A stretch of DNA of 64,000 bases from Macrostomum lignano (lineage: Eukaryota), in the NCBI GenBank assembly GCA_002269645.1, contig NIVC01001035.1, positions 62,001 through 126,000 of the forward strand. Reading direction: 5' to 3'. Position numbers and translations under genes: made by a program. The first letter of the stretch is position 1, and the number at the start of each line of letters is the position of its first letter. Shown one piece after another: positions 56,295 to 64,000 of this stretch. A model generated the notes under the pieces. It did not search any database and was not told where the DNA came from. It saw only the letters and a list, made by a program, of their open reading frames with translations.

Positions 56295-59200
56295 TTACTT
56301 AAAGCTGAGCATGACACTCTTGCTAATTGAGTCACCTATCCGCTTGTCAAATATCCTGTCGTGACAGATGCCAGACAAAAGGCGGCGTCGTTCCGCATCG
56401 GTCTCGCATGCCGCGTACGCGTCTAGCAGTCTGAAATTAATAAATAAACGAGATGAACTACCTGAAAAGTTTCCAACTTTCTACTGAGATAAGTAGTGTA
56501 CGTAGAAGAATGCAATTATTATTTTTATGAAAGGTTAAAACTTACGCTTGCACAGTGGGGTACTGCTGCACAATGGCAAGCGCTTTCTCCATAGTAACGC
56601 CGCCAATTTGGAGCAGGTGCTTGGCTAGCATTTCTCGAACGACAAGTTTCTAAAAAAGGTTCATGGAGATTTGAAAATTTATTGCTTGAGATTTAAAAGT
56701 TGTGTTGTGGTTATTAAAAAAATTATAATACATATCGGTATTTACGATAGATTCCTTCCGATACAATATTAATGCTTAAAATTGACTTTTTATACATATC
56801 GGTACTTATACTTAACTTTCAATATATATCATTGCGTATAATTAACTTTCGATACATATCGGTGCCTATAATTACTTTCGATACATATCGGTACTTTTAA
56901 TTTACCTTCGATACATATCGGCGCCGATAATTAACTTTCGTTACATATCGGTACTTTAAATTTACTTTCGATACATATCGGCTCACCTTAGACTTAATTG
57001 CAGCCCTATTAAACTCGGCAAAGTCCACCGCATTAGCATCGGTGCCTGGACCGCCCAGCGGCAGCACGGCTGAAACAGTCGGTCTGGAGTCCTTGGAGAC
57101 ACCTCCGGTTGCCGGCATGCTGTCATAGACTAGCAGCTGCCGGCCGCTGTACAGATCTCTCAGGTGGCAGGTCAGCAAGGTGAGATAGCTCACAGTGTGC
57201 TGAGCAGAGTCCGTGTACTTCACAGCGCAGCCGTCAATCAGCTGCGAGTTGCAGACGGCCTGGGCGAGCGTCTCCTCCGGCATGCGCACGTGACCGCCGG
57301 AACGACCGCCGAAGCCTTCAACTAGAAGCAGCAGCTGGGCGATGCCGGACCTGCGCAGTCGGAACTTCTGCTCCTTGAACCGGCCGTCCTTGATGCTGCT
57401 GGCCAGATCGTCAAGTCGCTTCCGTTCCACTAGCAGATTGAGCACCGCTTCGCGTCCCGTGGCTGCAGGATTAGTTTTAGTAAAAAAAGATAAAATAGCA
57501 AAAAATGTTGATTTTCTACTTTCAGTAGATGCAAGCAGGCAGAAGCGAAAAAAAACAATTTTAATTGAATAACAACTGCAATTATAAGTGCACTAATTGT
57601 ACAGACTAAAAAGAAACTCACAGCGACACTTGGCCACCCAGAGGAAGTCGGACACCTGCAGTGGACGCACATCGCATTTGACATTGTTGCGCAGTAGGCC
57701 GGGCAGTAACATCTGCTTCACGCTGCCCATGCTGAGGAAGTGGTTGAAAATTATGCGTAAATCTTATTTGTTACAACTATAACAATGCCACTTTATCAGT
57801 GGAAGCTACGCTCGTAATATTAGTAACAAAAAAGGTCCCAAGACTTGAAAGTTTTAGACACCTGATGGTTATTAGACACCTGAAGGTTTTGGACAACTGA
57901 AGGTTTCGGACACCTGAAGGTTTTGGACACCTGAATGTTGTAGACACCTGAAGGTTTTGGACACCTGAAGGTTTCGGACACCTGAAGGTTTCGGACACCT
58001 GAAGGTTTCGGATACTTAAAGGTTTTAGACACCTGAAGGTTTTAGGCACCTGAAGGTTCGGACACCTGAAGGTTTTGGACAACTGAAGGTTGTAGACACC
58101 TGAAGGTTTCGGATACTTGAAGGTTTTAGACACCTGAAGGTTTTAGGCACCTGAAGGTTCGGACACCTGAAGGTTTTGGACAACTGAAGGTTTTGGACAA
58201 CTGAAGGTTTCGGACACCTGAAGGTTTTAAACACCTGAAGGTTTTAGACACCTAAAGGTTTAGACACCTGAATGTTGTAGACACCTGAAGGTTTTGGACA
58301 CCTGAAGGTTTCGGACACCTGAAGGTTTCGGACACCTGAAGGTTTCGGACACCTGAAGGTCTAGACACTTAAGGGTTTAGACACCTGAATGTTGTAGACA
58401 CCTGAAGGTTTCGGACACTTGAAGGTTTTGAACAACTGAAGGTTTTAGACACCTGAAGGTTTTAGGCACCTGAAGGTCTAGACACTTAAGGGTTTAGACA
58501 CCTGAAGGTTTCGGACACCTGAAGGTTTCGGACACCTGAAGGTTTCGGACACCTGAAGGTTTCGGACACCTGAAGGTTTCGGACACCTGAAGGTTTCGGA
58601 CACCTGAAGGTTTCGGACACCTGAAGGTTTTGGACAATTGAAGGTTGTAGACACCTGAAGGTTTTGGACAATTGAAGGTTGTAGACACCTGAAGGTTTTA
58701 GACACCTGGATGTTTTGGACACCTGAACGCTTTTAGACACCTGAAGGGTTTTAGAAACTCCAAGGTTAACTAAAACACCGAGAGATGCATTCCAATCCCT
58801 CACCCGAAGTGCTCGCGATTATCGATACAGAAGATGACATCGAAGCCGCCAGGCTGAATGCTGTACAGCAGCTTGGCACCTGGCTCCGATTCGGCTGAGG
58901 ATGCAGCTGCCGACTCCGAGGTTCCCGTCGCTGTTGCGGAGGCGTGGCGTTGCCATGACAACGATTTGTTTGTAATCAACGGCTTGCTGAGCAGCAGGGA
59001 GGCGCTGTTGGACATCGCAGCGCTTGCGGGAGGATTGGGATTTGAGCTGACTGGGATTTGGGAAATTGGGGGGAAGCGCGAGTTGAGTTGAGAGTGAAAG
59101 TCATTAATTGTGGATCAGGACAACACTGGCTTTAGAATCGGATTGAGATCACTTTGGAATTTCAAGGATTGGGATCAATTCGGGATTTCATGCATTAGGA

Positions 59201-60675
59201 TTACTTGGGGATTTTATGGATGGGATCACGGGATTTCATGAATTGGGATCAATTTGGGATTTTATGGATGGGATCACGGGATTTCATGAATTGGGATCAA
59301 TTTGGGATTTCATGGATTGGGATCAATTCGGGATTTCATGGATTGGGATCAATTAGGGATTTCATGGATTGGGATCAATTTGGGATTTTATGGATGGGAT
59401 CACGGGATTTCATGAATTGGGATCAATTTGGGATTTCATGGATTGGGATCAATTCGGGATTTCATGGATTGGGATCAATTAGGGATTTCATGGATTGGGA
59501 TCAATTTGGGATTTCATGGATTGGGATCAATTAGGGATTTCATGGATTGGGATCAATTTGGGATTTCATGGATTGGGATCAATTTGGGATTTCATGAATT
59601 GGGATCACTTGGGGACTTCATGAATTGAGAAAAATTTGGGATTTCATGGATTGGGAACAATTTGGGATTTCATGAATTGGGATCAATTTGGGATTTCATG
59701 GATTGGGATCAATTTGGGATATCATGATTTGGGATCACTTTGGGGATTAGGATCAAGGGATTTTATGATTCACTTACCTGTACGCAAAGGTAGCGGCGGA
59801 GGTAGAGGCTTGTTTTCAATGCTCCTTGATGAGGCCGCAGCCTTCTCAGCCGCAGCTTTCGCAGCCTCCGCAGCCTCCGCAGCAGCTTTAGTGCTGAGTT
59901 CCGGCAAGTCCCGTTCTCTAACAAAGGCAGCCACCTGGCCGTCAGTAAACCGCCTGGAAAAAGCAGCAATGTACAGAATCTGTCAGTCTGAGGTCAGTCT
60001 CAGGTGTTGAGATCCCGTACAAGGTGCTCACCCGATTGCGGCCAAATCAAGCGAGTAGTGCAGGTTGGACCTGACCAGCTGTTCGTATTCGCACAGCACC
60101 AGCGCACAGTCAGCATCAATTATTGAATCAAATTTTCGCCATGCCAAAGACTTACTACTCACTATTGAGTAGTCAGGCTCGGAGCAGTAGTCGAATATTA
60201 GCGATAATTTAGGCTGCAGCTGGAGTAGCTCCTGGCGAGGCGGCGAAGGCAACGGAGCGACTGGAGGTTCAGCTTCGTCAGAATCGGACACAGAGTGCAC
60301 AGAGTAATTAACAGGTGCCTTCTCCTCGTCTGAGTCCGATATTGCATGCACCGACTGTTTTATTGGCTTTGATGTTGCCGACGCCGCAGACTCGGCGTCC
60401 TTTGATGTCGTTGTCGCTTTGATAGACTTCTTTGCGTTTTTAGGAACTCCGGCTGCCGCCTTTGATCCCGCCGCCGCTGCCGCCGGCGCAGTCGGTTGTT
60501 TATCAGCCTTATCAGCGGTGGCGGCAGACATCAAAGACGCCGCCGCTGATTGGCCAGCCGGGGTGAGGGTGTAGGTGCCTGGGTTGCGGCCGGCGGCCGG
60601 TCTGCGGTCCACCAGGCCCCGTTTGACGAGGCCGCTCATGGCCGACCAGGCCGTGTAGTGAGAGCCGGCCGCCGG
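56295..60675 (-). CDS. MUS81: Crossover junction endonuclease MUS81; 7 exons, ~630 aa, 5'-incomplete
   Basis: Exons 60032-60675, 59778-59953, 58804-59050, 57622-57731, 56987-57462, 56546-56649, 56295-56430, all in phase. Winged-helix HYTAWSAMSGLVKRGLV. ERCC4 domain VIFCIDNRE, QVSDFLW, VERKRLDDLASSIKDGRFKEQKFRL. C-terminal HhH REMLAKHLLQIGGVTMEKA...KRIGDSISK. Confidence 0.95.
56845..56981. repeat. ~30-bp intronic repeat built on CGATACATATCGG
   Basis: Five tandem copies next to the MUS81 donor at 56986. Confidence 0.8.
57850..58745. repeat. 17-bp intronic minisatellite CCTGAAGGTTTCGGACA
   Basis: Tandem periodicity. Confidence 0.95.
59165..59765. repeat. 26-bp intronic minisatellite GGGATTTCATGGATTGGGATCAATT(T/A/C)
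   Basis: Tandem periodicity. Confidence 0.95.
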
Positions 60676-60884
60676 CTAATAGTGCAGAGGTGACGGCGGT
60701 GAAGATCAAAGGAAATTAATCAATTACTTGGATCAGGTGTGAGCGGTCAATTAACCAAGTGCACGCAGCCACATTGGGTGTACACTAATTATATTTGATA
60801 GACAGACAGCGCACAAATTGATAAGGTAAAAATTAATATCATACAAAATGATTACTGTTAGTAGGCACGGGTATCTCCCAACAC

Positions 60885-61445
60885 AGAGAATCGCCCTTGA
60901 ATCTCCCAACCCAGAGAATCGCCCTTAAAGAATCTCCCAACCCAGAGAATCACCCTTAAAGAATCTCCCAACCCAGAGAATCACCCTTAAAGAATCTCCC
61001 AACCCAGAGAATCGCCCTTAAAGGATCTCTTAACCCAGAGAATAGCCCTTAAAGAATCTCCCCACCCAGATATCACCCTTAAAGAATCTCCCAACCCAGA
61101 GAATCGCCCTTAAAGAATCTCCCCACCCAGATATCACCCTTAAAGAATCTCCCAACCCAGAGAATCGCCCTTAAAAAAACTCCCAACTAAGACAATCGCT
61201 CTTAAAGAATCTCCCAACCCAGAGAATCGCCTTCAAAGAATCTCCCAACCAAGAGAATTGCCTTCAAAGAATCTCCCAACCAAGAGAATTGCCTTCAAAG
61301 AATCTCCTAACCCAGAGAATCGCCTTCAAAGAATCTCCTAACCCAGAGAATCGCCCTCAAAGAATCTCGCAACTAAGACAATCGCCCTAAAAGAATCTCC
61401 CAACTCAGAGAATCGCCTTAAAGAATCTCCCAACCCGGAGAATCA
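60885..61445. repeat. 31-bp minisatellite AATCTCCCAACCCAGAGAATCGCCCTTAAAG
   Basis: Tandem periodicity. Confidence 0.9.
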
Positions 61446-62212
61446 CCATCCAAGAATTTCTTCTTAAGAACCCTTTTCAAGAGCTACCTGAGAACAAAGA
61501 ACCCCATCTTTATATTATAATAATTCGTAAGACCTTTTTTCTATGCACCTACATAGGGAAAATTCCTATTATAACTATGAATATTGTATTATACAACTAA
61601 CCCAACCCAAGTGATTAGTCGTAGTCATTGAATTGGACACTGTCATATAATGTCAGGACATTGTATTGTAAATCGAAAAAAAAACTTCAATAGGTTTCCA
61701 CCGTTTCTTTGAAGAGTTCCGACACTAGTGGGCACTGCCTATCCCTGAAGAAGAATATAAAATATTAGGAATGTTGGCACTTACTTTTGAGGACTTCGGG
61801 TTTGAGGACTTGTCCCTCTCTTCTATCTCTCTCTCCTTTGTCTCTCCTCTCTAAAACTAACAGGAAGGGGTAGAGCTTGGCCTACAAAGTACATTACTAC
61901 AACTACTTTCAGCATTGAAGCTTCTCCCTTATCCACGGTCACAGTTTCAAGAGCTCTCAACCAGTCTGGATATGAGAGGCAAAGGTTTCAGGAGTGAGCC
62001 CAAAATTATGGCCAGTGAGGGGTGGGGGGCTATAACTATGGATTATGAAAGCTGAGCTAACTGAATTTATTGCCTGGAAGTTTAAAAAGGCTCAGCTGAT
62101 GGAAATTGCAGCTTATATATTTTATGCTCATAAGCTGTGAGAACTAAATAATAATATATAATGCAGCAAATCATTAAAATATTTAGTCACGGTTCAATCG
62201 CGGTCTAACAGA

Positions 62213-63927
62213 CTCTATCCACAGTCAGTGGGTCTCTATCCACAGTCAGTGGGTCTCTATCCACAGTCAGTGGGTCTCTATCCACAGCCAGTGGGTCTCT
62301 ATCCACAGTCAGTGGGTCTCTATCCACAGTCAGTGGTCTCTATCCACAGCCAGTGGGTCTCTATCCACAGTCAGTGGGTCTCTATCCACAGTCAGTGAGT
62401 CTCTATCCACAGCCAGTGGGTCTCTATCCACAGCCAGTGGGTCTCTATCCACAGTCAGTGGGTCTCTATCCACAGTCAGTGGGTCTCTATCCACAGTCAG
62501 TGGGTCTCTATCCACAGCCAGTGGGTCTCTATCCACAGTCAGTGGGTCTCTATCCACAGTCAGTGGGTCTCTATCCACAGCCAGTGGGTCTCTATCCACA
62601 GTCAGTGGGTCTCTATCCACAGCCAGTGGGTCTCTATCCACAGTCAGTGGGTCTCTATCCACAGTCAGTGGGTCTCTATCCACAGCCAGTGGGTCTCTAT
62701 CCACAGTCAGTGGGTCTCTATCCACAGTCAGTGGGTCTCTATCCACAGCCAGTGGGTCTCTATCCACAGTCAGTGGGTCTCTATCCACAGTCAGTGAGTC
62801 TCTATCCACAGCCAGTGGGTCTCTATCCACAGCCAGTGGGTCTCTATCCACAGTCAGTGGGTCTCTATCCACAGTCAGTGGGTCTCTATCCACAGCCAGT
62901 GGGTCTCTATCCACAGTCAGTGGGTCTCTATCCACAGTCAGTGGGTCTCTATCCACAGCCAGTGGGTCTCTATCCACAGTCAGTGGGTCTCTATCCACAG
63001 CCAGTGGGTCTCTATCCACAGTCAGTGGGTCTCTATCCACAGCCAGTGGGTCTCTATCCACAGCCAGTGAGTCTCTATCCACAGTCAGTGGGTCTCTATC
63101 CACAGTCAGTGGGTCTCTATCCACAGCCAGTGGGTCTCTATCCACAGCCAGTGGGTCTCTATCCACAGTCAGTGGGTCTCTATCCACAGCCAGTGGGTCT
63201 CTATCCACAGTCAGTGGGTCTCTATCCACAGCCAGTGGGTCTCTATCCACAGCCAGTGAGTCTCTATCCACAGTCAGTGGGTCTCTATCCACAGCCAGTG
63301 GGTCTCTATCCACAGCCAGTGGGTCTCTATCCACAGTCAGTGGGTCTCTATCCACAGCCAGTGGGTCTCTATCCACAGTCAGTGGGTCTCTATCCACAGC
63401 CAGTGGGTCTCTATCCACAGTCAGTGGTCTCTATCCACAGTCAGTGGGTCTCTATCCACAGTCAGTGGGTCTCTATCCACAGCCAGTGGGTCTCTATCCA
63501 CAGCCAGTGGGTCTCTATCCACAGCCAGTGGGTCTCTATCCACAGCCAGTGGGTCTCTATCCACAGTCAGTGGGTCTCTATCCACAGCCAGTGGGTCTCT
63601 ATCCACAGCCAGTGAGTCTCTATCCACAGTCAGTGGGTCTCTATCCACAGTCAGTGGGTCTCTATCCACAGCCAGTGGGTCTCTATCAACAGCCAGTGGG
63701 TCTCTATCCACAGTCAGTGGGTCTCTATCCACAGCCAGTGGGTCTCTATCTACAGTCAGTGGGTCTCTATCCACAGCCAGTGGGTCTCTATCCACAGTCA
63801 GTGGGTCTCTATCCACAGTCAGTGGGTCTCTATCCACAGTCAGTGGGTCTCTATCCACAGCCAGTGGGCCTCTATCCACAGCCAGTGGGTCTCTATCCAC
63901 AGCCAGTGGGTCTCTATCCACAGCCAG
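62213..63927. repeat. 21-bp minisatellite CCACAG(T/C)CAGTGGGTCTCTAT (~80 copies)
   Basis: Tandem periodicity; source of the VDRDPL / GLYPQ pseudo-ORFs. Confidence 0.98.
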
Positions 63928-63939
63928 TCCAGTGAGACT

Positions 63940-64000
63940 GTTCCAATGCGATCGCGGGAATCGAACCTCCGACGCTCTAACCACCAGGCTACAACCCGTA
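63940..64000 (-). other. tRNA-derived SINE-like head (A/B boxes, no anticodon arm)
   Basis: Minus strand TAGCCTGGTGGTTAGAGC, then GGTTCGATTCCC only 7 nt later; cut by the window edge. Confidence 0.45.

Noticed and set aside
61690-61851. Possible extra MUS81 mini-exons around a 40-bp intron (strong GTAAGT donor at 61784)
   Set aside because: Translations do not resemble the missing winged-helix half, and the phase-0 join hits a stop codon.
62330-63984. 362-420-aa VDRDPL / GLYPQ ORFs
   Set aside because: Translations of the 21-bp VNTR on both strands.

Overview
Eukaryotic (animal) genomic DNA: GC-rich exons separated by introns filled with tandem repeats, with TTAGGG tracts. The architecture resembles a macrostomorph flatworm such as Macrostomum (inference only). 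Contents, left to right: (1) a ~1-kb long inverted repeat (438-2890); (2) a single-exon gene for a secreted Tyr/His/Gly/Arg-rich protein (4314-4685); (3) a hAT-type MITE and an internally deleted piggyBac; (4) a 12-exon minus-strand pericentrin/AKAP9-like (PACT-domain) coiled-coil gene (9875-29435), whose 5' end is not located; (5) a 16.6-kb, 112-bp-monomer satellite (30145-46793); (6) a small two-exon plus-strand gene missed by the ORF track; (7) a broken RTE-like LINE; (8) an unknown two-exon minus-strand gene whose intron carries interstitial telomeric repeats; (9) seven exons of MUS81 (56295-60675), whose 5' exons probably lie beyond the window. About 25 different minisatellites occupy introns and intergenic space. 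Most long ORFs in the supplied track are repeat or antisense artefacts. Exon models were built by hand from GT/GC-AG sites and codon-phase continuity. No database searches were run, and repeat boundaries are approximate.
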